Shown here in pieces: positions 19,184 to 28,638 of a stretch of 64,000 bases of DNA. The stretch covers positions 124,001-188,000 of the IMG/VR virus record IMGVR_UViG_3300044846_005229, one strand, 5' to 3'. Position 1 is the stretch's first letter. Every line of letters starts with the position of its first letter. The translations under genes were made by a program, and so were the position numbers. The notes under the pieces were generated by a model. The model had not been told where the DNA came from, made no database searches, and saw only the letters and a program-made list of their open reading frames with translations.

Positions 19184-19369
19184 TCAGGTATAGAAACGAA
19201 TCTGAGCCAGGAAGCACTCCCGGCGTTGCTTGCGGAGGATGGTGCGGATGCGTTTCGCCTGCGTGAGGGTCCACACTCGATTGCCAACGGGCTCAGACCA
19301 CGGTTTGCGGGTGATTTCCTGAACGGTATAAAAGATGCGGGTTTTCTTGGTTGCGATTGCGGTGGCCAT
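19184..19369 (-). CDS. cassette gene, basic small protein
   Basis: Start MATAIATKK; promoter at 19404. Confidence 0.65.
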   Translation of the reverse strand: MATAIATKKTRIFYTVQEITRKPWSEPVGNRVWTLTQAKRIRTILRKQRRECFLAQIRFYT

Positions 19370-19523
19370 TGTGGCGGTGTTGGTTGGTTGGTGACAGGTG
19401 AATTGTAGCATGGTGGCCGGGGGCTGTCAATGCCGTTGTGGCAAGGGGGCCCAGTTCTCAAAATTTTCGGAGGGGGCGTTAGCCCCTTGCCATCTGGTTA
19501 TAACCCTCTGGCTACCATCCCTA

Positions 19524-19590
19524 GGCATCAATCCCAGGGCATCAATCCCAGGGCATCAATCCCAGGGCATCAATCCCAGGGCATCATCCC
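19524..19590 (+). repeat. 14-bp tandem repeat gcatcaatcccagg (4-5 copies)
   Basis: Direct reading; related units at 38440-38500. Confidence 0.8.
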
Positions 19591-19786
19591 CTAGGCTAGG
19601 CCGTGAGAACTTCGGGTATATACCCCCTGTCCTAATCAGCCACCCAGCATCCACAAGGTCTTGGGCAGCATCGAGAACGCCCGCAACGTGGAAGTAGCCG
19701 ACAAGACCCACCGTATCAACGGATACACCTGGGCGGTTCAGGAAGTACAGCTTAAGGGACTCGCGGATCCACTCAGGGGATTTCAT
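19556..19786 (-). CDS. cassette gene, possible winged-helix fragment
   Basis: Start MKSPEW; AAQDLVDAGWL; C-terminus runs into tandem repeat. Confidence 0.5.
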   Translation of the reverse strand: MKSPEWIRESLKLYFLNRPGVSVDTVGLVGYFHVAGVLDAAQDLVDAGWLIRTGGIYPKFSRPSLGDDALGLMPWD

Positions 19787-19946
19787 GGTTGCTTGGGGTG
19801 AGACTACAGTAGTATAACACAAAGGGGCCAGGATTGCCTATGGGTGATGGCAATGGCAGTATAGCACAAAAGGCCAGGGGTACAAGCCCCCTAGCCCAGT
19901 GAATGCAACGGTTTCGTCACCCTTCTGAATTCAATAGATGGGAGTC

Positions 19947-20177
19947 TCACCAGTTCATAGCAATTTCCTGGGCAGTTGCCCCGAAAAAGTATAACACCAA
20001 CTCTCTGCGACCGCGAATATTCAGGTTCAAGATGGTGCAAGCCCGATTAAGCTCATCGCCGTCGGCCTGAACTTCCTCCACTTCGCTAGGGGCCAGGGTC
20101 CTGAGGGAAGAACTCAGGTGGGAGTCTCCGATGTAACCCGATATGCGACGGCCGGTGTTAAGGGTGACGTGAATCAT
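19947..20177 (-). CDS. cassette gene, paralog of 21031-21264
   Basis: MIHVTLNTGRRISGYIGD vs MIYVTLSTGHRISGYIGD. Confidence 0.75.
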   Translation of the reverse strand: MIHVTLNTGRRISGYIGDSHLSSSLRTLAPSEVEEVQADGDELNRACTILNLNIRGRRELVLYFFGATAQEIAMNW

Positions 20178-20265
20178 TGGGGTCCGGGGTGGTTGCCCTT
20201 GGTTGGTTGACTCTGTAAGTGTAGCATAGGGCCGACACGGTGTCAACCCCCCCCCCCTTGGGCTT

Positions 20266-20568
20266 TCAGCGACACTGACTTAGCGGTGTAGGATCAAAGT
20301 GAATATCCCGCTCGATGCGGAGCCCAGCTGGTCCCCGAGTAGCTTCTAGGTCATTCAGGTTGAAGTACCCAAGTTCTCGTGCCTGGCCGATAACCAACCC
20401 AAAGCATTGACCCGTCGCAGGGTCCATCTCGGTGAGGTACCATGTCCAATTGCCCCAGGGCGTGAAAAATTTGGCATAGGCGGTAGCCTCCATGCCTTTG
20501 CCGTCTTGTGCGTACAGGGCTGGGACCTTGGTGGCGATTGCCATGGTTAGTAGCTTGGTGTTGGCCAT
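20266..20568 (-). CDS. DUF2958 family protein
   Basis: KFFTPWGNWTWYLTEMDP...FGLV...ELGYFNL. Confidence 0.8.
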   Translation of the reverse strand: MANTKLLTMAIATKVPALYAQDGKGMEATAYAKFFTPWGNWTWYLTEMDPATGQCFGLVIGQARELGYFNLNDLEATRGPAGLRIERDIHFDPTPLSQCR

Positions 20569-20731
20569 GGTTGCCCTTGGTTGGTTGACTCAGGTATTAT
20601 AGCACGGATGGGGATGGTGCCGTTACGATCTGAAACAACAGGCATGGACCACAGGCAGGCAGGCCCCCGCCCGACAAGTTGACTTCGGTATTATAGCACA
20701 GGCAGGCAGGGGGCGCAAGCCCCCCCACAGG

Positions 20732-20917
20732 CTAGATATCAGAAGGGGGATTCTCAGTCAGCTCGAAGCTATAGGCCCCAGTGTCGTTATTGCCGTGGCT
20801 GGAAGTATACCCTTCCCTAACAAGACGCAGCGCTTCCTCTAGGGCAATTTCGATGTCATCCAGGGTTTGACCGCTGGCAGTCAATTTCAGGACAAACGGG
20901 GCGTTAAGATCGTTCAT
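20732..20917 (-). CDS. cassette gene, hypothetical
   Basis: Start MNDLNAPF; promoter at 20946. Confidence 0.7.
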   Translation of the reverse strand: MNDLNAPFVLKLTASGQTLDDIEIALEEALRLVREGYTSSHGNNDTGAYSFELTENPPSDI

Positions 20918-21030
20918 GGCGGTTCGGTGGTTGGTGACAGGGCAATCATAGCACAGGCAGGCATGGAACGCAAGCCCCTTGCCCTCCGAGCAAACAATCA
21001 AACTGGCAAGTTCCCAGTTAGCTCCGACCC

Positions 21031-21264
21031 CTAAACATCTCCACCCCAATTCATAACAATTTCCTGGGCGTTTGCCCCGAAAAAGCGGAACACACGGGTA
21101 TGAACCTTACGGTTCAATATAGTGCAACAACCGAATAATTCAACACCGTCTGCCTGAACTTCCACTACTTCACTAGGATTCAGGGATTTAAGTTCTGATA
21201 TCAGGCGGGGGTCCCCGATGTAACCAGATATGCGATGGCCGGTGCTAAGGGTGACGTAGATCAT
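21031..21264 (-). CDS. cassette gene, paralog of 19947-20177
   Basis: Shared EVQADG.EL...C.IL...FFGA.AQEI.MNW. Confidence 0.75.
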   Translation of the reverse strand: MIYVTLSTGHRISGYIGDPRLISELKSLNPSEVVEVQADGVELFGCCTILNRKVHTRVFRFFGANAQEIVMNWGGDV

Positions 21265-21330
21265 TGTGGTTCGGGTGGTTGCCGTTTGGTGCGGTACCCC
21301 GTAATTATAGCACGGGAGGCCGGGGGGGGG

Positions 21331-21642
21331 CTAGTCGGACGGTAAAGCGTCAAGCGCCAAATCCCAGATCCAGTGGGTTTCGTCGCCCAGCGGGTCGCCA
21401 GCAAACTCAAAATTGGCTACCGCCGCTTCGGCTAGTTGAGTAGCGGTTTCGTAATCACTTGCGTTTGCTCGCATCCAAATTCTAACGCTTTGTTTACTTA
21501 CCGATGCCAATTTAGTAGGTGAATAGCCCAAATTCCCATGGCGCTGCAATGATAAGGACTCAATTTCTGATTTCCTCTGATTGCGTTCTCTTGCCGCCGC
21601 CATACTGTTTCGTAAATAGCGGTTTTCGGATCTTGCGCTCAT
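21331..21642 (-). CDS. cassette gene, hypothetical
   Basis: Start MSARSEN; promoter at 21686. Confidence 0.65.
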   Translation of the reverse strand: MSARSENRYLRNSMAAARERNQRKSEIESLSLQRHGNLGYSPTKLASVSKQSVRIWMRANASDYETATQLAEAAVANFEFAGDPLGDETHWIWDLALDALPSD

Positions 21643-22149
21643 TTTTCTAAGGAAGCGAATGGGCCGGGTTTGGTCCCGATGCACTAATCATAGCACATTG
21701 CCACGGGGTTGGGGCCTTGGGTAGGGGCCTTGGGGTTGTTGACTCCTGGGGTGTGGTGGTTGCTGTGGGGTTGCTGTGGGGGTTGAGTATCTGGGGTTGT
21801 TGACTCCCAAGGTGTGGTGGACAGTTTGTAAACTGTCTATTTGCGTTGGGAGTTTGGTACCGAGGGTGTGTTTTCGGAGTTAATGTGGAACCTCAGGGTG
21901 CATTTTCCGGGTAATGTAGAATGCCCCAAATTGAAAACCTGAAATTCAATCCCTGAGATCCATTGCGGGGGAACGGAGTTACTCCTAAAAAAATTAAAAA
22001 TTTTAGGACCTAGTGAAAAACGATTCAAAAAATTCTACATTTGAATGCAAATTCTGCACCCTGGGGCTCTTTATATACACTTTTTCGCGAATATATGTAT
22101 AATGAGTGTTTACCTTATGTTGTTATAGTTTGTTGTTGATGGGTCCAAG

Positions 22150-22335
22150 TAGTCAACAACTGGGAGTGGTCCCAACAGTCTCAGTTAAGTATCGGAATGA
22201 GTCTACATCGAGTAGTTTACAGTTGGTATTAGTCCCAACAGTCTCAGTTAAGTATCGGAATGAGACCCAACCGAACAGTCAACAACTGGAATACGGTCTC
22301 AACAGTCTCGTTTCAGTCCCATAATGAGACCACAC
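22150..22335 (+). repeat. ~63-bp tandem units with GTCTCA-N14-TGAGAC hairpin (also ~18690-18745 and 25650-25880)
   Basis: cagtctcagttaagtatcggaatga recurs between paired 200-bp elements. Confidence 0.85.
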
Positions 22336-22795
22336 CTCAGGGTAAATATGGCAGGTATTTTCGGAGTTAATGTGGAACCTTGGGGTGCGTTTTGTGAGTA
22401 ATGTGGAATGTTGAGTGCAGTTTTCGGAGTAATGTGGAAACCACAAAATCAAAAAACCAAAATCCATTCCTTGAAATCGACTGCAGGGCAACGGAGTTAC
22501 TCCTAAAATTTTTGAATTTTTTAGGACCTAATGAAAAAACGATCCAAAAGTTCCACATTTGAATGCAAATTCTGCACCCTACTACTATATACTCGCGTAA
22601 AAATTATTTATAGTACACCCTTATCTAAATATCCATAATCAATAAGTTACCCTTATCTATGTACCAACCAATGAGTAATAGCGGTAAAGCAACAAAAAAA
22701 GGAGGGTCACCTTTCGGCAGCCCCCATATCAGTAAGTATTTATATTTACTGGGTGAAATTAGACCCCGGAACCAACAACCCCGGCAGCCCGACCT

Positions 22796-23119
22796 TCAAT
22801 AGCCAGCAAAGTCGTATCTATCGAAAGGTACTGGATCCCGCTTAATTTCTGATTCGATAATTTTGCGTGATTCGCTGTCCCAATGGCGCACAGTGACGGA
22901 CTCTGTAGCAAATCCCCAGTTTTCCTCAGGTTGCCGGGTATAGTGAACCTTGGCATCATCCAGGCTTGCCCATACGAAGGCTTCAGGATTAGCTACGATC
23001 TGCTCCACCGCTTCCATGGTTTGGCAGAGGGTAGTGCCATTGGCACCCCTAACAGTATAACCAGCAATGCGCTTGCCAACTTCATCGGTCGTGACATAGC
23101 AGTAGTCGATGGTTGCCAT
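22796..23119 (-). CDS. cassette gene, hypothetical
   Basis: Promoter at 23150. Confidence 0.7.
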   Translation of the reverse strand: MATIDYCYVTTDEVGKRIAGYTVRGANGTTLCQTMEAVEQIVANPEAFVWASLDDAKVHYTRQPEENWGFATESVTVRHWDSESRKIIESEIKRDPVPFDRYDFAGY

Positions 23120-23219
23120 TGGTGCGCCTCGGTTGGTTGACCTAGGTATTATAGCATGGGTTCCTGGGCAAGGTCAACCCCTTGAGTTCCCCCCTACGGC
23201 AAGCAGATGCCAGGATCAA

Positions 23220-23498
23220 TCAACCTTCGTACAAGGAAACATCATAGCGATGGGAGTAAAAATCCCCTAGCCCCCCACTATCGACCACCAACATAAAGTC
23301 AAAGTCCGGGTGAGTTAGCACCACTTGTGTGGACTCGCTTTCGTAAATATTCCCATTGGACACACCCACCTGATCAAGGAAATACCCTAAACTCTCAATA
23401 TTGTCCATGTCTGGTATTTCGTAGTCGATTATCCGATAGCTATTCTCACCTTGTTCAAACAAATCTGTGACGGAATCAGGGATTTCGTAGGTTGCCAT
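23220..23498 (-). CDS. cassette gene, highly acidic protein
   Basis: D/E-rich 92 aa; promoter at 23532. Confidence 0.7.
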   Translation of the reverse strand: MATYEIPDSVTDLFEQGENSYRIIDYEIPDMDNIESLGYFLDQVGVSNGNIYESESTQVVLTHPDFDFMLVVDSGGLGDFYSHRYDVSLYEG

Positions 23499-23573
23499 TA
23501 TTGGTCAGGGTGTTGCTGGTGTGGTCGATGGTAGTATAGCACGGATAGGCGAGTTGCCGGGGACCCCCGAAAG

Positions 23574-23792
23574 TCAATTAAAGCCGAGGATAAACTTACG
23601 TGCCGCTTCCGGCGTATTAAGTTGTCCGCCCATCATCATCATCAAGCCCAAACTGCAACCTACGTGTCCAGCTGTTTCAGGGTGCTTTTCAAGGTCGCTA
23701 AACATCGAGGAGAGGGCATTTTCTGCATCACCACGATCGCAGTATTCAAGGGCGCGTTTCTTGCACCATTCTAAGTGTTCGGATCGGTTTAT
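23574..23792 (-). CDS. cassette gene, conserved phage protein, apparent ATA start
   Basis: (I)NRSEHLEWCKKRALEY...SMFSDLEKHPET; promoter at 23842. Confidence 0.6.
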   Translation of the reverse strand: MNRSEHLEWCKKRALEYCDRGDAENALSSMFSDLEKHPETAGHVGCSLGLMMMMGGQLNTPEAARKFILGFN

Positions 23793-24001
23793 TTGGGGGG
23801 TGTTGGTGTCGGGTGTTTGACTTTGGATGTTTGTCAATGGCAGTATAGCACGGATGGTCAGGGGACCGTGGTTGCCATTATGGTTGGTGACGCTTCGTAA
23901 AGACAGGCACGGCAAGTTGCCGATGGGCTTTTGGGTTTTGTTGCATTTCGCAACAACAGGCAAGGAAGGGCCACCGGCAGGCAACCCCCCCCCCCCCAAG
24001 A

Positions 24002-24271
24002 TCATGCCATGAACTTAGCAATAGCCTCTTCGGCATCGGCACCATCGGCACCATGATTTACCATAAACTCCAACACAAGGCCAGTATCACTATCGAATCG
24101 CGTCAGAAGGGAATCCAACAGTTCATCTTGACTGACACCACCAGAGGCATTCTGAAGCTCTGACATCCTGCTGTCCATGGCTTCATTCCTAAGCTCATCA
24201 AGGCTCATCAAATCGACATAACGTTGGCAATGGGCTTCGGCGATCTCACGAATCAAGGATTGGTCGAACAT
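24002..24271 (-). CDS. cassette gene, acidic helical protein
   Basis: Promoter at 24301. Confidence 0.7.
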   Translation of the reverse strand: MFDQSLIREIAEAHCQRYVDLMSLDELRNEAMDSRMSELQNASGGVSQDELLDSLLTRFDSDTGLVLEFMVNHGADGADAEEAIAKFMA

Positions 24272-24397
24272 GGTTGCGTGTGCGGTTGGTTGACTTCGGT
24301 ATTATAGCACAGGGGGGGCCACGGTGCGAGGGATGTTACAGGGGTAACAACAGGCACGGCAAGGGGCCAGGGTTCACAACCCCGACCCCCAGGACAG

Positions 24398-24772
24398 TCA
24401 ACCAAGGGCCACAATGGCATGTAAATTGGTGCGCCACGTTCCAGGCAGCTTCTCACCACGACGACCTACGATCACGGGCAATTCCCCAACCATCTCAACT
24501 ACGGTATCAATCTCAAATACTTGCAAGGTGGCCGCCAGCCAGGTTCCAAACCAGCGAGTCCGACCCGTGGCCTTGGCAATGTAACGGCAGCCATGGGGGC
24601 CTTCCATGGCAAACTCTCCTTCCTCCAAACAAAGATCATGGGGCGCATCAGCCAGGACATCCCAGTGTCCCCACCAGCCTTTACGGACGCCACCAGGGGC
24701 CTTCTCGCAGGGCTCAGCGGTGAATGAACCGATGCGGTTGATGGGTGAGGTGGCGGCGGTTGCGAATGCCAT
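24398..24772 (-). CDS. cassette gene, hypothetical
   Basis: Start MAFATAA; promoter at 24802. Confidence 0.65.
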   Translation of the reverse strand: MAFATAATSPINRIGSFTAEPCEKAPGGVRKGWWGHWDVLADAPHDLCLEEGEFAMEGPHGCRYIAKATGRTRWFGTWLAATLQVFEIDTVVEMVGELPVIVGRRGEKLPGTWRTNLHAIVALG

Positions 24773-24866
24773 TGTTTCCGGTGGGTGCGATACCTTGAAA
24801 TTATAGCATGTTTCCAAGGGGGTCAGGGTGCATCCCAACCACAAAACTGCCTATTAGCAACAAAAC

Positions 24867-25202
24867 TTAACCCATAATGCCCCCAGGCCAACGTCCTCCC
24901 GGCGGGGTGCGCTCTGATGGGGATAGTTCGGGTGTTTCATCATAATAGCTAGGACACAATTTGGCGAGGCGCTCTGCGTCGGAGACGCATTGGCAGCATG
25001 GATTGTGCCTATTTTCCGCCATATAATTAGCGCCGCGCTTTGTTCTGAATGGTCCGATAACTGCCATGAAGTGTGGGGTATTGGCTTTGGTAGGGGTAAC
25101 TACCGATTTGAAAACCTCCAATTTACCTTGGCCGTATGGCAAACCCACATAGAATTTTGCCCGTTGGGGTGTGTTGGTGGTTGAGGGGGTTGCGGTAGCC
25201 AT
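24867..25202 (-). CDS. cassette gene, hypothetical
   Basis: Promoter at 25233. Confidence 0.65.
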   Translation of the reverse strand: MATATPSTTNTPQRAKFYVGLPYGQGKLEVFKSVVTPTKANTPHFMAVIGPFRTKRGANYMAENRHNPCCQCVSDAERLAKLCPSYYDETPELSPSERTPPGGRWPGGIMG

Positions 25203-26264
25203 CGTTGCGGTGTCGGTTGGTTGGCTTCGTAATTATAGCACATGGACGGGTCTGGATGCGGTTCGGCATGTTGGTGCGGTTCGGCATGTTGACTCCTGGG
25301 GTGTGGTGGACAGTTTGTAAACTGTCTATTTGCGTTGGGGGTTTGACTTTAGGGGCTTGATTCCAGGGTGTATTTTAGGGGTTAATGTATAATCCGGGGT
25401 GCGTTTTCCGGGTAATGTAGAATGCCTAATTTGAAAAGTCCGAAAGTCAACCGCTGAGATCGATTGCAGGGCAACGAGTTTACTCCTAAAATTTTTGAAT
25501 TTTTTAGGACCTAGCGAAAAACCATCCAAAAAATTCTACATTTGAATGCATATTTTGCACCCTGGGGTCTTTATATACACTTTTTCGCGAATATATGTAT
25601 AATAAGTGTTTACCTTATGTTGTTGGTGAGTTGAATAGTTGACGACTGGGTGTGATCTCGTCAGTCTCAGTTAAGTATCGGAATGAGTTCACATCGAGTA
25701 GTCTACAGTTGGCATCAGCCCCAACGGTCTCAGTTAAGTATCGGAATGAGACTCCACCAAATAGTAAACAACTGGGGTACGGTCTCAACAGTCTCGTTTC
25801 AGTCCCACAACAAGACTCATCCAAATAGTAAACAACTGGGGTACGGTCTCAACAGTCTCACTTCAATCTCACAATGAGATCACACTTCAAGAGTAAGCAG
25901 ATGGGTGCGTTTTTCCAGTAATGTAGAAACCCAGGGTGCATTTCCCAAGTAATGCAGAAACCCTAAAATCAAAAACCCGAAACTCAATCCCTGAGATCGA
26001 CTGCAGCGGAACGGAGTTACTCCTAAAAAAATTAAAAATTTTAGGACCTTTTCAAAAACAGCATGAAAAATTCTACATTTGAATGCATATTTTGCACCCT
26101 ACTACTATATACTCGCGTAAAAATTATTTATAGTACACTCTTATCTAAATATCCATAATCAATAAGTTATCCTTATCTATGTACCAACCAATGAGTAATA
26201 GCAGTAAGGCAACAAAAGAAAGGGGGGAATCACCCTAAGGCAATCCCTCCCCTAAAAACAGCAC

Positions 26265-26450
26265 CTATGCCCAAATGGTCTCAACACGGGCATCATGCCC
26301 TTTCATCTTCATCGCTTCGGCGATTCTCTGAGCCACGTTCCGATCATGGTAATCCGCCCTGGTGGTATAGCCAGGAGCCCCAGAACCAGGGGCAATCGAA
26401 CCAGTGGCAATCGAACCAGGGGCGATGGTGACACGGTGTAGTTGGGCCAT
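26265..26450 (-). CDS. cassette gene, hypothetical
   Basis: Promoter at 26484; hairpin plus T-run at 26213-26250. Confidence 0.6.
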   Translation of the reverse strand: MAQLHRVTIAPGSIATGSIAPGSGAPGYTTRADYHDRNVAQRIAEAMKMKGHDARVETIWA

Positions 26451-26518
26451 GGTGCGGTTTGGTGCGGTTGGTATGGACGTATCTTAGCACAGGTCCGAGG
26501 GGAACGTCAACCCCCCCC

Positions 26519-26950
26519 TTACCCGTACCACCCATACTGGCGAACCCTCTCCAAATAGGTCTCCCAAACCGACGGATCCATGGCACCTGCCGTTGTCTTA
26601 AAGTGATGGGAGAAAAACGTAATGGCAAGCTCCATATTGCGCCTACCAACAGGATTAGCAGAATGAATGACCACAGCCGGTGGAATAAACCCACCATCAA
26701 AACCATTCTCATACACAATTTGCTCAATCCACTTGCAAACATCCATGCCAGTTCCCCTAGCGTCATCCCCGAGATCATGATCCAAGGATACAACTTCGAC
26801 ATTGCCAGTCTTCAGCAATTCGATAACCTCATCAGGCCAATAGCAACGGACCCACCCATCAGGGGTAGGCCTGATATCATCGAGAAATACTTTCATTGCC
26901 TTGGGTTTAGGTAGACTGTGGGCGTGGTTGCCATTGGGGGTGGTTGCCAT
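26519..26950 (-). CDS. cyclic-phosphate-processing receiver-domain protein
   Basis: KVFLDDIR, SLDHDLG, GTGMDV..W, IHSANPVG motifs. Confidence 0.8.
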   Translation of the reverse strand: MATTPNGNHAHSLPKPKAMKVFLDDIRPTPDGWVRCYWPDEVIELLKTGNVEVVSLDHDLGDDARGTGMDVCKWIEQIVYENGFDGGFIPPAVVIHSANPVGRRNMELAITFFSHHFKTTAGAMDPSVWETYLERVRQYGWYG

Positions 26951-27445
26951 TGGGGGTGGTCCGGTGGGTGACGGTAGGGGAATTATAGCATAGGCCTGGC
27001 AGGTTAGTTGGTGGCCCCGTAATTATAGCACAGGGGGGTCAGGCTACGGGTGCCGTTACATTCCGTAACAACAGGTACGGCAAGGAGTCACTGGATGGCA
27101 ACCCCTGTAAAGAATTGGCCAGGTTGTGGGGTTATGCTTTCGCTCCTGAAGGGTAGCCAGGCGAAGAAGGGCAGCCCTGCGGCTGATAATCCTAATTCCA
27201 TTTCCCACTATTTGCCTTCACGTCTACCTGTATTTTGGGTTGTTTAGCCATTGTAGCATGGGCCTGGCAGTGTCAACTCATGGCGTTAACTGAGTTTACT
27301 GCAACATGGTTGCCGTTGGTTGGTGGCGATTGGGTTTGAACCCATTGTTTGCGGGGGGCTGGTGGGCTGGTGATAGGGGAATTGTAGCATGGCCCGGCAG
27401 GTTGGATGGTTTACTTTGGTAGTATAATACGAACCCGATAGGCAG

Positions 27446-27811
27446 TCAATCCTTAGCGGTAATCTCAGCACCTTCCAGTAGTTTGGAAGCTAGGTCAGTA
27501 TCACCCGCCTTAATTGCGTTTTGGATGCGTTCTTTCAAGGTTAGCTCGTATGACCATTTTCGGCCGTTGATGGTGCCCCTGACATTGCCCCCGACAGAGC
27601 CCTCGACAGAGCCCCCGACAGAGCCCCCGACAGAGCCCCTGACATTGCCCCCGACAGAGCCCCTGACATTGCCCCCGACAGAGCCTAGGACATCACCCAA
27701 GACACCACCCCTGACATTGCCCCCGACAGAGCCCTCGACATCATTTACCCGCCATTCACCGCTGATTCTGGTGAAAGTAACTAGTTTTTTAATTTCTTCA
27801 ATGCTTGGCAT
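27446..27811 (-). CDS. repeat protein (GSVGGNVR repeats, beta-solenoid-like)
   Basis: 12/24-bp tandem coding repeats at 27575-27740. Confidence 0.7.
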   Translation of the reverse strand: MPSIEEIKKLVTFTRISGEWRVNDVEGSVGGNVRGGVLGDVLGSVGGNVRGSVGGNVRGSVGGSVGGSVEGSVGGNVRGTINGRKWSYELTLKERIQNAIKAGDTDLASKLLEGAEITAKD

Positions 27812-28002
27812 TTCAATTTAGGGGTTTGATGATGTCATGGTGTGTCCGGTGGTTGGTGACAAAGGAATTATAGCATGGGTCCGGCAGACAGTCAACCCTT
27901 AGGGACCTGGGGCCACACCCCAAACAGCAAAAAAAAGGGGGGGGCCGATGCCAACGGCACCAACCCCCCCCCCAAGCAATCGGCCGATACCGACGGCTCC
28001 AA

Positions 28003-28260
28003 TCAGCTAGCCACTGCAAGCAGCCGATCAGCCACTGCACCCTTCGCAGTACGCTTCCCATCGAGATAATACAAGGTATAAACTCGCCCCGGCTTCACAC
28101 TGGGGGTTACCGTAACGGTCAGGGCCTTGCCGTTGATGCGGATGGCAGTTTCGGCCTTTGCGCCGGATGCTGTAGCTTGTTGCACGGTGTTGGCTTCAGT
28201 GGTATCAAGGCGGGCAAGCAGGGTGTCAAACTTACGGATGGTCAGAGGGGGAGTAGCCAT
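28003..28260 (-). CDS. cassette gene, hypothetical
   Basis: Start MATPPLT; promoter at 28307. Confidence 0.65.
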   Translation of the reverse strand: MATPPLTIRKFDTLLARLDTTEANTVQQATASGAKAETAIRINGKALTVTVTPSVKPGRVYTLYYLDGKRTAKGAVADRLLAVAS

Positions 28261-28425
28261 GGTTGTGGGTGGGTTGTGTTGTGGGGTGAATCCCCGGGAC
28301 CTTGCCATTATAGCCCAGGTGAGAGACGGTTGTCAATGCTTGACTGGTGGCAAGATCCCCCGAGGGTCACCATATTATGGCATATTGCCGGAGTTATTGC
28401 AACCTGCTGCGTTGGCGACCAGGGG

Positions 28426-28522
28426 TTGACAACCGCCGGAATCCACGCTATAATATGCACATAACCAAACGAGGGGCGAGGTAGCCCTGAAGACGAAAAA
28501 GGTCGCCACGGAACCTGCTTGC
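28426..28522 (+). ncRNA. plus-strand sigma70 promoter and putative structured RNA, copy 1
   Basis: TTGACA(28426)-N17-TATAAT(28449) then GGGGCGAGGTAGCCCTGAAGACGAAAAAGGTCGCCACGG; no ORF. Confidence 0.55.
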
Positions 28523-28638
28523 TTATAGTTATTACCGGACAGTAAAAAAAGGGGGGTTGACCCTCGGGTTTTATCCCAGAGTCATAGCCCCGGAGCCACA
28601 ACCCCGGAGTCACAACCCCAGAGTCAAACCCCACGCAC

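Noticed and set aside
22150-22335. CRISPR-like hairpin repeats at 63-bp period
   Set aside because: Intervening segments are homologous to each other, so it is a degenerate tandem repeat.
28480-28505. Hammerhead ribozyme (CUGAAGA...GAAA)
   Set aside because: Stem II would be one nucleotide and stem I only three unpaired bases, so a cis hammerhead cannot form.
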